The notes under the pieces were generated by a model. That model ran no database searches and was not told the origin of the DNA. It worked only from the letters and a program-made list of their open reading frames with translations. A stretch of DNA of 64,000 nucleotides from an uncultured candidate division Zixibacteria bacterium. GTDB lineage: Bacteria > Zixibacteria > MSB-5A5 > GN15 > PGXB01. The position numbers were made by a program, and so were the translations under genes. The stretch is from assembly GCA_963702205.1 (NCBI GenBank), contig OY969724.1, positions 672,001 to 736,000 of the forward strand, in the 5' to 3' direction. Of the stretch, positions 52,897-63,094 are shown in pieces (positions within the stretch are counted from its first letter, which is position 1; each line of letters starts with the position of its first letter).

Positions 52897-54042
52897 TTAC
52901 ATCACAAAGGACGCATTATTGTTCTGTCTTAAGAACCGCTTCATTTCCTCGAAGCTGACGATCTCCATTTCCCGCATCAAGGCAAGTTTCTCCCTATCTG
53001 TGTGGGCGGTATCGAAACGATGAGCCAATTCCGCAACCTCGACGCGGTAGTCACTATACCGTTCGATCTCACCGCTCAGCGCCATGCCGCTCTCTATTGT
53101 ACGAACACCAATAGCGCTGATAGCCAACCAAACGATAATAAGGTGTGGCCAGTGGGAAACCGCGAATGGGAGGGAGGCCAGAGCACCGGCAACGATGATC
53201 ACGTCAAGCATGACCAGACCAACGAAGAGGAACCACCACGTCAATCGCAGATTGCGTTGTTGCTCCCGTAGAGGCATCTTGAAGATGCTCAAGCCGCCGG
53301 CTTCGGGACGTAGTTTGTAGTTCGCGAAATCGAGTTGCGCCTTGAAGCGCAATGTTCGATAGGCCGCAAACACATCCGTCAGCACTTGTGATGAAGGCTT
53401 TGGAGTGAGCGCGCAGTTCTCATGCAGCCACACGCCGCTACGAATGTTGGCATCCAGTACTTCAGTCATTTTGGAGACAGCCCATCTTTGTTCGTCGTAT
53501 TCGCTCAGAAACTCATTGAGCCATTGATTTCTCTGATCCCGAAACGAATCAGCCCCAGACGGTCCGCTGGACATCGATTGCTCAATCTCAGGTAGACGGC
53601 ATAAAAGCGTTTGAAAGAAGAACTGCCGCATGCGTTCTGTGCGCAATCGCTTAATAAGCCACGTGTTCTTGCGCTTTCCGTACAGCAGGCCAAAGTGAGC
53701 GACCATAACGGCGGCGATGCCGAGCCCTCCGGCGAGGAGTGTTAATGCCAGGTGTGTCCAAGCCAAATGAGGCTCTTTTGGCCACACTGGCGCAGTCGAT
53801 GCAATGCAAAGCGACAAAACAGCCAGCAAGACCGCCTGAATACCAGACCGTTGCGACTGCTTCTTGGCACGGTTAGCAACGTCGTCGTCTTTGGTGAAGC
53901 TATCGCGTAGTTCCGGGTGGTCAAGCACATGCTCCAAACACGGCCATTTCTGCTTGGCCAGTGCGAGATCCTCTGGTTGCAAGAGGAGATCAGTGTTGAA
54001 GATCTTCTCTTTCTGTGATCCGCTCGACGAATTCATCATCAT
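52897..54042 (-). CDS. Four-TM protein with tandem SLATT/DUF4231-like domains
   Basis: Two TM hairpins; the first is followed by W...R.RTERMR, the second by E.ERY..Y...L..RF. Confidence 0.65.
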   Translation of the reverse strand: MMMNSSSGSQKEKIFNTDLLLQPEDLALAKQKWPCLEHVLDHPELRDSFTKDDDVANRAKKQSQRSGIQAVLLAVLSLCIASTAPVWPKEPHLAWTHLALTLLAGGLGIAAVMVAHFGLLYGKRKNTWLIKRLRTERMRQFFFQTLLCRLPEIEQSMSSGPSGADSFRDQRNQWLNEFLSEYDEQRWAVSKMTEVLDANIRSGVWLHENCALTPKPSSQVLTDVFAAYRTLRFKAQLDFANYKLRPEAGGLSIFKMPLREQQRNLRLTWWFLFVGLVMLDVIIVAGALASLPFAVSHWPHLIIVWLAISAIGVRTIESGMALSGEIERYSDYRVEVAELAHRFDTAHTDREKLALMREMEIVSFEEMKRFLRQNNNASFVM

Positions 54043-54130
54043 AGGCGTTTCTCCGTCTGCACACTAGTGCCATCCAATAGACGTGACTTTCCTAGGTCCG
54101 ATGACTAATTGACTCCTCGTCCATGTCCTG

Positions 54131-54325
54131 TCATCTTCTCTTAGCCGATTTGTTGTGTTTCTGGACGGCTTTCCTAATTAGGTCGGATACTAGTTCCTGA
54201 ATGCTCGTCCGTTTCTCCACAGTCATCATTTTCAACTCGTAATGCACACTATCTTCCAATCGAACATGAATCATCGGTCCCCTAGTAGGTTTGTCCTTTG
54301 GATGTTTCATTAACTTGGGCCTCAT
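54131..54325 (-). CDS. Small ribbon-helix-helix protein, copy 2
   Basis: RGPMIHVRLEDSVHYELKMMTVEKRTSIQELVSDLIR. Confidence 0.8.
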   Translation of the reverse strand: MRPKLMKHPKDKPTRGPMIHVRLEDSVHYELKMMTVEKRTSIQELVSDLIRKAVQKHNKSAKRR

Positions 54326-54331
54326 CTAGTG

Positions 54332-54370
54332 TGTGGCTATAAATATAGCCACATTTAGTTCTTGCGTCAA
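54332..54370 (-). promoter_or_regulatory. Sigma70 promoter with a palindromic operator over the -10 box
   Basis: Minus strand TTGACG-17-TATATT; palindrome TGTGGCTATA-AA-TATAGCCACA. Confidence 0.78.
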
Positions 54371-54541
54371 TGAGAATAAACGGAGGGTCTTCGAAAACTG
54401 AATTCAATAGTATCTATCGTCCCCCGAGATTCATTCGTGTCCCCCCAAGGAATTGCCTTCTTCTTCACATTTGCGCTTTGTTAGTTGATTTTGTAATCTG
54501 TTGTGTTACAGAGGATTACGAAATGAGTTGGCGGACTGAAA

Positions 54542-54605
54542 AATCGAACCCCATACTCGCGTTGTGGCACAAGGACTTACACCCTATTGTGACCATATTG
54601 TGACC
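54542..54605 (-). mobile_element. Hybrid att junction C: right arm plus the 7-bp overlap only
   Basis: Matches junction A from AATCGAACCCC through the TGTGACC pair (one mismatch); unrelated to A to the left of this. Confidence 0.8.
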
Positions 54606-54610
54606 ACTTT

Positions 54611-55312
54611 TTATGACTCAGATTGAAGCTCCTCCTCAAGTCTTGACCAGCAATCTTCTGGATTCAAGCGTAACGGCACACCTTTAGATGATGACGAGCA
54701 GTAATCAATAAAAAGGTCCTTCAATCTGTTCATATCAAAGGATAAGTTTTTCATAAGGACTTTTATTTTGAAAACAACTACTCCAGTTACAAACTCATTC
54801 AGTGGATCAAACGGTGGAAATGCATAAGTAAGCGTCGAACCATCATCCGAAAGGAATCCCGAATTTGAAGGGCCATTAAGGTCCAAGTAAAACACTTCCA
54901 AATATGCACAGAGAGCCTCTGTTTTACGTCGCTCCTGATAACAGAGATCTGCCAGATCAAGCCAATCGTTTCTATATACTCCCCAACTTCCTTCTCGTGC
55001 ATTACTCTTGAGTCGATTGCTTATATCTAACCACTTACGTTCATCTCTGGGAAGTGGAATACCATTACCTTCGTCCAGCTTTCGCAACTCCTCACCAAAC
55101 GCATCGTAATGGTAGCTCTCTATTGCTTCCTGAAACTGTCTTTCGTACTCCTCAACAGCTTCTTTTGTTACAACTTTGCGTACGTTCTCAGGTTGGAATG
55201 TACGAACGTACATATATTTGCCACAATGTGGACACTTGGTTTTAGCGCTTGGAACCTTTTTGAGTGTGCCCTGACAATACGGGCACTCCGCTGATCGCAT
55301 ATCAGTTACCAT
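54611..55312 (-). CDS. Hypothetical protein with an N-terminal zinc ribbon
   Basis: CPYC...CPHC; the stop codon lies 5 bp from the att arm. Confidence 0.7.
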   Translation of the reverse strand: MVTDMRSAECPYCQGTLKKVPSAKTKCPHCGKYMYVRTFQPENVRKVVTKEAVEEYERQFQEAIESYHYDAFGEELRKLDEGNGIPLPRDERKWLDISNRLKSNAREGSWGVYRNDWLDLADLCYQERRKTEALCAYLEVFYLDLNGPSNSGFLSDDGSTLTYAFPPFDPLNEFVTGVVVFKIKVLMKNLSFDMNRLKDLFIDYCSSSSKGVPLRLNPEDCWSRLEEELQSES

Positions 55313-55314
55313 TC

Positions 55315-57009
55315 TTATAAGCTTTCAGTTTTTAGGTTCAAACTTGTGCTCAGGCGTGATACTGTTTCCTCTTGCCCTAGTACGTACAGCGCTCCTGTCG
55401 ATCGCGTAAGTCCAATATAGAGTAACTCCTTCCAGTTGAACCGCATCTGTTCGTCAAATTCACATAAAATTACTACAGGACTTTCTAATCCCTTGTAGCG
55501 ATGCACTGTCATTGTGACAATGTCATTGGAAGATTCTTTTGCCTCTACAAGCCTAAAGGGTCCAATCTTAGTATCGTACTTAAGAGCTGTCCGTTGCTGA
55601 GATTTAGTTCCTAAGATGACAATATCTGCAGGCTTCATACCCTCTGAAACAAGCCGCTGAAGCAACTTACTTATTACACGGAGCATATCATCGTCTGTCG
55701 AATAGGACAGCAATTGTACTTCTGGACCACTAACTCCACTTGACATAACTTCGTCCGGAAGTTCACATGCATGCTGCACGACTGCGAACACCTCATTTGT
55801 GTTTCTGATATTTCGATCAAGAACAACCGGAGGTGTCGTCATTGGATAGGTTGCGGTACCGTGATATATATTCTGGCTGGCATCCGCAAAGATGTAGAAA
55901 ACTGACTCGTCTGGGTTGGTGAATAGCATTTCTAACAGCACCCAATAGGCATCCTTAAAATCTTGACCTTCGTCCACAACAATGGCATCAAAACGATGCT
56001 TAATAGAGTCGATCTGATCTGCTACCAGGTTAGGGAATGTGTCCGACCACCACTCATCTGTATTTTCCACACTAACTTCGGTACCGACTTCCTCCAGCCA
56101 TCCGAAGCATAGATCGTGAAACGATCCCACTACTATGCTAGGTTGTGCTTCACATTCGTGTTTCAAATACTGACTAAGAGGTTTGTTGAAGCAGACCAGA
56201 AGAACACGGTTGCCTTTTTCTGCCAGAATCTTTGCCTTATGAACCGCAAGTGTTGTCTTACCTGATCCAGCACACCCGCGAATCAACATACGCCTCTGCT
56301 CCCGCAACAATTGGAGAACTTCTGCCTGGCGATCTGTGAGTTCTATAAGCTTATCGGCAATTTGTCTTATACGGAGAGAGGAAGAAGTTTGTCCTTTCAA
56401 TGGACGAGCTCCATAAAGTTGTCGAATGCCAGCAAGAATTTGTTTGCCATATGAACCCTGGATGTCCCCCTTGGGAAATGCTCTCTCAAACAGAGTATCG
56501 ATACTTTTCTTTAGATTATACAAACACTCCTGATCAAGGAGCTGCCACGCGTGCATATCCGCCCGAATGTCTCGTGTCTTGAAGACACAGTCTGGAAATA
56601 GAACTGCGTGATGATGAGGTATATATTTATCTGAGAGTGCGGGCTGTTTTAGAAGTAGTTTACAGATGTTTCGGCTGGCGATGCGGGATTGTTCGAACGG
56701 GTCGCTGATCTGGTGTTCTCCCCCTTCTCTGTCAAGGCTTCTCCATGAGCGAAAGGACGGATTGTAACTACATCGACCGCCTTTGATCTCTAGGGTCACA
56801 TATCCTATAGCTGGTTGGACTATCACAAAATCGATTTGCCCGACAGTTTTGCTGTCCTCCAAGCTTGGATCATCCCACATAAGATCATGAAACACGTGAT
56901 ATCGATTATCGAGTTCTCTCGATAGCTTCTCGTAAATGGCACGTTCCGAATCTACGTGGTAACCGCTGAAAGCTTCAGTTAAGCTGTTAGGGTACATTAC
57001 CGCCATCAA
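55315..57009 (-). CDS. NERD nuclease-SF1 (UvrD-like) helicase fusion
   Basis: QIDFVIV...EIKGG; GCAGSGKT; VDEGQD; RYKGLE; YIGLTRS. Confidence 0.85.
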   Translation of the reverse strand: MMAVMYPNSLTEAFSGYHVDSERAIYEKLSRELDNRYHVFHDLMWDDPSLEDSKTVGQIDFVIVQPAIGYVTLEIKGGRCSYNPSFRSWRSLDREGGEHQISDPFEQSRIASRNICKLLLKQPALSDKYIPHHHAVLFPDCVFKTRDIRADMHAWQLLDQECLYNLKKSIDTLFERAFPKGDIQGSYGKQILAGIRQLYGARPLKGQTSSSLRIRQIADKLIELTDRQAEVLQLLREQRRMLIRGCAGSGKTTLAVHKAKILAEKGNRVLLVCFNKPLSQYLKHECEAQPSIVVGSFHDLCFGWLEEVGTEVSVENTDEWWSDTFPNLVADQIDSIKHRFDAIVVDEGQDFKDAYWVLLEMLFTNPDESVFYIFADASQNIYHGTATYPMTTPPVVLDRNIRNTNEVFAVVQHACELPDEVMSSGVSGPEVQLLSYSTDDDMLRVISKLLQRLVSEGMKPADIVILGTKSQQRTALKYDTKIGPFRLVEAKESSNDIVTMTVHRYKGLESPVVILCEFDEQMRFNWKELLYIGLTRSTGALYVLGQEETVSRLSTSLNLKTESL

Positions 57010-57029
57010 TCGTCCTTGCTCATATCTGT

Positions 57030-59012
57030 CTAATTAAGTTCCTCTCTCCAAGCCTCATAGATCATCACCATGGCAAGTGTATCGAGTTCACAATACTTTA
57101 GAAGCGCCGACACGATCTTCTCACGTTCATACTCACTCATTTCAGAGAACTGCATCCGACAATAAGCGATCATGGCAGCCCCACCTTCCCGAATATCCTC
57201 GTCCTCAGATATCAGGTCTTCGGATATCTCAATCCCATCTTCAAATATAGGAGGTAGTATATTATATGGCTCGATTACGGTACCATCGTGATTGAATTGC
57301 ACCCAGGACCAATCAGTGTAGTTGAGACTACAGATTCCTCCTGATGAGCCATATATAGGCTTTGAGTACTTTTCCTGTAGATACTCTGAGGAATTCAGGA
57401 TCGCTGGAAGAACGCTCTTTATGGAATTGGAGCCATGTGTTGCTGGGTCATAGTAATACTTCTTTACTAAGTCACACATGTCTACCATGCAACGTGACCC
57501 CTCATTTCCTGCTATCTTCGCGATTGACTCGATGAACCTACACAAATCATCTCGGTCTGGTGGAGGCGCTGGAGCACTCTGAAGTTGTTTATATACTTCA
57601 ACAAGGTAAGTGTTTTCATGGGCAGCGTACCGGAAGATCGTACCATTATCTTGCTCCAGCTGCCTTTTTAGCTCGCGCACACTCTCATAATTGGGGAACG
57701 CACCCGGAGCTGCGTTTATGTATTGCCCGGCATGTTCCACAGTGCCGTCTTCAAGAATAGTGTGATGAGAAAACTGAAAGAAAATTGCCTCATAGGGTCT
57801 TCTGCCTTTATTGAACGGAATAGCGACCCTAGCTGTTTCAAAGTCAATATGATGCAGGGGGAACACCCATTTTTCCATCTCAGCTTTCATCCCTACCTTG
57901 TCGAAGTAGGCTGTGCTATCTTCATTTTTGACTTTTTCAGCCTGGAGCCACTGTCTTTCCGAACTTGACAATCCTGAGCCTGGATTAGCTTTAATGCTTA
58001 TATCGTCTTGTTCCAGGTCTCTTAGCTTGAGTTTCCCTGAGGCGATATATGAGTCTTTTCTTCTTGAATTCCACAGCTCCAATACACATGGCTCTTGAAA
58101 GTCGCCTGCTTGCCAATTGAGTGTGCCGATCCAGCATTCCTTGAAACCGTTCTTTAGCCCGGTTGCTTCCTCTTCAGGTGTAGCTCTAAACTGACACTTC
58201 GAACACTTTGATCCAATCTGCGGAGTGATCTTACTATCCTTCTCGTAGTTTACAGAAAGGATGTCTATAAGATCTGAATAGCATAGTTCTTCATCTCCCA
58301 CCTGGTACTTATCCTTATGAATCAACTGGATAAAGTCGTCTACTGGTACCTCGACTAAGATCTTTGTCTTTAAGTCGTCTTCATTGAGTGAGGAAGAAAT
58401 CTTAATGCCCTTCCTGTGTGCTTCATCCCTTACAATGCGAAACTTCTGATTAAGTCCATCTGTTGGACAAGAAACGCTTTTATCCGCCATCATGAGATAC
58501 GAACTAATTCGGTAATTGGGACAAGCGTTCTCTAACACATATTTCTGAAACGCTACATCATGACAGTATGGCTGCCAATCTGATTTGATTTTTCCGGCTT
58601 TGGTTAGAAAGGGCTGGGCTTCTGGACTGTCGAAGGACTTCGATTTAACCTCTATAAGTCTCAGATTAGTGCCATGCTTGACCAGAATGTCGATGCGAAT
58701 CAGCAGGTTCTCATGACGAAAAGCAGGTTCATACATAATGACCCGGTCTTTTTTCATCAAATCTGCAGTCATGGCTTCGGCTTCTTGATAATCTAGGGTG
58801 TCGATATTGATGCCACCTGCGTAATATTGTCTGGCTAGTTCTCCAACCTGATAGCCACCCTCCGCCAACGCTGCGAGGAATGGATCCTCCTGGCTTTTAT
58901 CGGGGTAGTCTTTCTTTCGGACATAGAATAGCTTGGTTGGACAATCAAGGCCAACCATGAACCTACTTTTCGTTAAAAACCGAGGTTTCATTTCACTCCT
59001 TATTTGAATCAA
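57030..59012 (-). CDS. DUF2779 protein: Cas4-like PD-(D/E)XK nuclease plus RNase H-like domain
   Basis: LTKSRF...CP, RIDIL...IEVKS, CSKC...C; IDFET, FQFSHH, GSNSIK and YCELDT motifs. Confidence 0.78.
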   Translation of the reverse strand: MIQIRSEMKPRFLTKSRFMVGLDCPTKLFYVRKKDYPDKSQEDPFLAALAEGGYQVGELARQYYAGGINIDTLDYQEAEAMTADLMKKDRVIMYEPAFRHENLLIRIDILVKHGTNLRLIEVKSKSFDSPEAQPFLTKAGKIKSDWQPYCHDVAFQKYVLENACPNYRISSYLMMADKSVSCPTDGLNQKFRIVRDEAHRKGIKISSSLNEDDLKTKILVEVPVDDFIQLIHKDKYQVGDEELCYSDLIDILSVNYEKDSKITPQIGSKCSKCQFRATPEEEATGLKNGFKECWIGTLNWQAGDFQEPCVLELWNSRRKDSYIASGKLKLRDLEQDDISIKANPGSGLSSSERQWLQAEKVKNEDSTAYFDKVGMKAEMEKWVFPLHHIDFETARVAIPFNKGRRPYEAIFFQFSHHTILEDGTVEHAGQYINAAPGAFPNYESVRELKRQLEQDNGTIFRYAAHENTYLVEVYKQLQSAPAPPPDRDDLCRFIESIAKIAGNEGSRCMVDMCDLVKKYYYDPATHGSNSIKSVLPAILNSSEYLQEKYSKPIYGSSGGICSLNYTDWSWVQFNHDGTVIEPYNILPPIFEDGIEISEDLISEDEDIREGGAAMIAYCRMQFSEMSEYEREKIVSALLKYCELDTLAMVMIYEAWREELN

Positions 59013-59097
59013 GAATCGACTTCATTTCTAAGAAGTGGCCCTAACGAATCCATCACTGGTAGCAAGATGTCCTTCAACTTGATTCGATACACGCGGT

Positions 59098-62000
59098 TCA
59101 TTCGAGCAGCGCTTTGATAGCCAGCGCAGTCTTCTTAAGTGTGCCTGAGTCTAGGCCCCCGCGGTCATCATCCTCCGACGTATACAACGTTTTTCCCTCA
59201 ATAAAGCCGTTCTTAGAATACCAATCCAGCTTCCACTTCCATCCGCGGCGATAATCCTCACGGCTCATCATGCCAAGGTGTTCCCAAATGATGAGATCAC
59301 CGTCAGCAGTGACAAAAGAGAAATCAGGACGTAGACGACCTGGCTCAACCGCTCCATCGCAAACACGCTCGTATTCATATTTGATGTCGAGCTGATAAAG
59401 CATGTTCGCTATAACTAATTCAGACTTACTTCGAACCAAATGTCCCTTCTCTGTTCGATGTATAAGATACTCCGCATATGGCACATCGTCACTATTGAGT
59501 CTTGTCGCACCGTGAAATAAGTTCGTGTTGCGACGGGCCACTTCAGATCGCTCAGGTCGAGTTAGATCAAACAGCACTGTTGCATTCTGTCCTTCTATCA
59601 ACAGGACGAGTTGATCCCGAGATCTTGTGAGGGCCGTATAGATTAGTTCGCGTGACAGAAGTCTGCAATTCTTCGGTAGTATGACAAATACTTTCTTGAA
59701 TTCACTGCCTTGAGCCTTGTGCACTGTTAGTGCGTAAGCCAAATCAAGAGGTCCAGCCCCACTCGGGAAGTCACTTCCACGATAGCCGAATCTCAAATTG
59801 GCTCGTCCAGCAAAAAGAACATTTAGAAAGCCACCCTTTCCAGGTGCTACAAGCCCTACTTCACCATTTGCGATATAATATTTATCGCTGGAGGATCCGT
59901 CGTAAGCCCTTCTCCACTGGTTTACCTTCTGAATAACTTTGTCCTTCTGTACAATACTCTCATCACCCAAACAAGTGCCCCACGGCTGAGTCGCCGCTTC
60001 GAGTTGTTTACTACGGTATTGGCGCTGAATCCATCTGTTGATCTCGTAGATGCCATGAGAATGCATTCGAACAGGTGATAAAATTTGCCAATTCTCACTT
60101 CCTTCAGGCGCACCAAACGGTACCCATCCTCGATCATCAAGTCCAAGCGAAGTATCGAATCCAGCAATATCCGACTTATCGTCTAAACCAAGATGTCTGA
60201 CAAAAGCCCCTGACAAGCGCGAACGAAGCTCATCAGAGTTTTCCCAGAAAATGATTTCTAAATCGTTAAAAGTCCCCGTGGTCTCCAATTCACTTAAAAC
60301 CCTGTCAGCGTCCACGGGTTGTGGTTCACGCGTAAACCAGGACGCTAGGCGAAGTGTATCTGACGTATCTCCGCTAGATGTTGCGGTTCTCACCTCGACT
60401 GACAGACGTGCAAGAGAGTGACGAAGGGGTGTGCCATCACTGGCTTCTTCTTCGGTAGTTGCCAGGAATGCTTCGAGGTCGGCAAACGGACGACCAACGC
60501 CGATCGGAGGTAGCTGATTTGGATCACCAATAAGAATGATTCTCTGAACATGTGCAAGGTCCAATGCTTCAAAAACTGCCACCATATCGTCCATTGTAAG
60601 CATTGAGCACTCATCTATAACGACTGTTTTCTCTTTTCTATACTTTTCTTTTCCATCAAACAGGGGACGTTGTCGATTGCCGTCGTAGCGTCCAAGACGG
60701 TGCAGAAACTGTGCTACAGTCATAGCTTCTGCTTTAGCAGCCTTCGCAAGCCGAACGCGAGCCTTTCCCGTGGGAGCGAGCAATAGGATGCCATCTTTCG
60801 CAATTGGTTCACAAAGCATGAGCGCGCCCATAACGGAGGTCTTGCCGGTACCCGCTCGACCTACGAGGACTGTCAGACGCCTTGAACAGAGTTGCTGAAG
60901 TGCAATCGCCTGTTCTTCAATTGCGAGCTCGTGTCTTGTATTCGAGGAATCGAACTCTCCGCCTACTGCGGTGATAGCTTCGACCAATAGTTTCTTCCAT
61001 TCTGTCTTGACTTCTGGCACCACCTTCGTAGCTCGCTTAGTTAGAATCGACCGTAAGCGATTTTCCCTCTTTTTTAGATCGTAGAGCTGTAGTGCTGAAG
61101 TCTTCTTTCCAGATGTTTCATCAACAACCACATCTACCAGCTCCACCACACCGTCCAGAAAACTCATATTCGCTGTGGGCCAGTCAGTCAGTATGTTGCA
61201 AGGATGTGCCAGATCTAGGTTTGAAACCGTTTCAAGTGATTCAACCGTACTAAGCAGTGCATCTCCTTCAAGGGAAGCGTTTCGGAGCGTTGACACAATC
61301 GCTGCACGAATTCGGCGTGGGTCGTTAGGTGAAGAGATCGTCGACGGTTCTGGCACTGGGTGTTTTGCAGCAATACTTGCTTCAGGGAGAAGACCGCGAT
61401 CGACCATGCCGACTGATACTGGTGAGTCGTTCATATCTCCAAGATCTACTTCGCTCATCCTGTAGGGATTCTCAAGAATCTCAGAATCAGCAACTAAATT
61501 GGTTACACCTTTAGCTCTAATCGTAGGATCAAACCATCTAACAGCCTGAGCAGGTGTGAAAGCTATTCGAGACAAAAGCATTAGTAAAGCCCGACGTTCA
61601 GGATCTAGATTAGCCCAACTACTATGTACAGCATCAAGGTCAGGCTGATAAGCACTCTGAGGTGGCTTTATTTTCCCCTGTAATAAGGCATCAACCACTG
61701 GCCATGGATTAGCATCAGGTGCAACCATCTTGGAAGATATCATCTCCAATGAGAGAGCCGTACCCAAGCGCATTCCCAACGCTTCTAATACCGATCCCAA
61801 GCCGGGAAATGCACCCCTTTCTTTCCAGGCTATGGCTATTTGACTATTGAGCCACTCTTCTCGACGTTCCCATGGTCCCTTAGCTATTCCGTGCTTACGA
61901 ATCGTCCGAACCGCTTTCAAACAGCGAACCAAGGTTGACAGCGCAATGTCTGAAGAAGCAAGCTCTGCGGCATAGGAGAAAACGCGCATATGTGCAGGGT

Positions 62001-62790
62001 CAGCTGGAACGGCAATTTCTCGTAATAGATCTACTCTACGAGCATCTTCCTCCGGATCACCTGTTGGATCCAAGTAATCATGGTATGGAAAGAGAAAACC
62101 ATCTTCGCCATCGGGTCGGATTGAATGTCGGAAAAGACCGTCCCACATAAGATGTGACGGTTTATTTCCATTTACATCATACTCCTTGGGTGGTGCGATC
62201 GATACAATCCTTCCTACTCCTACAACAAGTCTTGGAAAAGTGTCTCCGAGTGGTTGACCTTCCTTACAATAGAAAAATACCAATGACTGTTCGGGAACGA
62301 GTCGGCCAAAAAACAGTTTGAGCAAAGCTCTTTGTCGGGCACTACCGAAAACCCATGAACTTTCAAAAGGGGACTGTTCATCTGGCGGAAGTGGCTCAGG
62401 TAACCTTTCATCAATTCCATTTTGCTCACTACGTAACATCCATGCAAAGGGCACCGCAAAAGTAGCATATTCAGGGATCTTCACTTTAGTCGGCTTCAAA
62501 TGGCCATGCGTGTTCGCAGTTTTTTTGATGTTTGAATAAGGATGCTCAAACTCTCGAATCCATTTTTGTGGATTCATAAATACACCCGACTCCGCCTTGC
62601 AAGGAGGTAAATCCGATTGCGAGATTTTATCCCAGGGTAAGCCCGCTAAGGTGTCTTCTTCATCCTTCCGGTTTTCACGGATTCGGTCAAGCGCTACACA
62701 AAAGCAATTGCGTGAAGGCTCCCTACAAACAGAGCCATTCCAACGGGAGTCATGCCAAGCAACCCTTACAGTTAAATGAAACAATCGCAA
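59098..62790 (-). CDS. Large RecD-like SF1B helicase with a C-terminal restriction-endonuclease-like domain
   Basis: GRAGTGKT, IDECSM, GDPNQLPP, TVHKAQGSE and YTALTR motifs; C-terminal RSKSE...PDF...WEHLG. Confidence 0.85.
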   Translation of the reverse strand: MRLFHLTVRVAWHDSRWNGSVCREPSRNCFCVALDRIRENRKDEEDTLAGLPWDKISQSDLPPCKAESGVFMNPQKWIREFEHPYSNIKKTANTHGHLKPTKVKIPEYATFAVPFAWMLRSEQNGIDERLPEPLPPDEQSPFESSWVFGSARQRALLKLFFGRLVPEQSLVFFYCKEGQPLGDTFPRLVVGVGRIVSIAPPKEYDVNGNKPSHLMWDGLFRHSIRPDGEDGFLFPYHDYLDPTGDPEEDARRVDLLREIAVPADPAHMRVFSYAAELASSDIALSTLVRCLKAVRTIRKHGIAKGPWERREEWLNSQIAIAWKERGAFPGLGSVLEALGMRLGTALSLEMISSKMVAPDANPWPVVDALLQGKIKPPQSAYQPDLDAVHSSWANLDPERRALLMLLSRIAFTPAQAVRWFDPTIRAKGVTNLVADSEILENPYRMSEVDLGDMNDSPVSVGMVDRGLLPEASIAAKHPVPEPSTISSPNDPRRIRAAIVSTLRNASLEGDALLSTVESLETVSNLDLAHPCNILTDWPTANMSFLDGVVELVDVVVDETSGKKTSALQLYDLKKRENRLRSILTKRATKVVPEVKTEWKKLLVEAITAVGGEFDSSNTRHELAIEEQAIALQQLCSRRLTVLVGRAGTGKTSVMGALMLCEPIAKDGILLLAPTGKARVRLAKAAKAEAMTVAQFLHRLGRYDGNRQRPLFDGKEKYRKEKTVVIDECSMLTMDDMVAVFEALDLAHVQRIILIGDPNQLPPIGVGRPFADLEAFLATTEEEASDGTPLRHSLARLSVEVRTATSSGDTSDTLRLASWFTREPQPVDADRVLSELETTGTFNDLEIIFWENSDELRSRLSGAFVRHLGLDDKSDIAGFDTSLGLDDRGWVPFGAPEGSENWQILSPVRMHSHGIYEINRWIQRQYRSKQLEAATQPWGTCLGDESIVQKDKVIQKVNQWRRAYDGSSSDKYYIANGEVGLVAPGKGGFLNVLFAGRANLRFGYRGSDFPSGAGPLDLAYALTVHKAQGSEFKKVFVILPKNCRLLSRELIYTALTRSRDQLVLLIEGQNATVLFDLTRPERSEVARRNTNLFHGATRLNSDDVPYAEYLIHRTEKGHLVRSKSELVIANMLYQLDIKYEYERVCDGAVEPGRLRPDFSFVTADGDLIIWEHLGMMSREDYRRGWKWKLDWYSKNGFIEGKTLYTSEDDDRGGLDSGTLKKTALAIKALLE

Positions 62791-62899
62791 CTCCTAATAT
62801 TCATAATTCTGACTTCAAGCAACCCATCTCGGACTTTCTGGTGAATAACTTCTTCAAAGTCTGTGCGGATGGCACATTGATGCCACTAATAACTCACAC

Positions 62900-63070
62900 T
62901 CATCTGTTCCTTTTACCAATCGCTACAAACTGTCTTATCAGTTTTTCCACTATACTTTGAATCGTCTCTCCACTTCGAACCGCCTTAACCTTCAAACTCT
63001 TATGAGTCTTGTGATCAAGTCGAATATGAACCATGGGACCTCTACTGGATGAACCATTTGATTCTCGCAT
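62900..63070 (-). CDS. Small ribbon-helix-helix protein, copy 3 (56 aa, not in the ORF track)
   Basis: Manual translation: MRESNGSSSRGPMVHIRLDHKTHKSLKVKAVRSGETIQSIVEKLIRQFVAIGKRNR*; AAGGAG RBS. Confidence 0.82.
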   Translation of the reverse strand: MRESNGSSSRGPMVHIRLDHKTHKSLKVKAVRSGETIQSIVEKLIRQFVAIGKRNR

Positions 63071-63094
63071 TCGCTCGCTCCTTATAGAAATCAG

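Noticed and set aside
30810..54605. Classical integron attC or IS ends
   Set aside because: No RYYYAAC/GTTRRRY hairpin organisation, no IntI or transposase, and no terminal inverted repeats were seen.
57030..59012. cas4 of a CRISPR-Cas locus
   Set aside because: No other cas genes or array are present, and the domain is fused to DUF2779.
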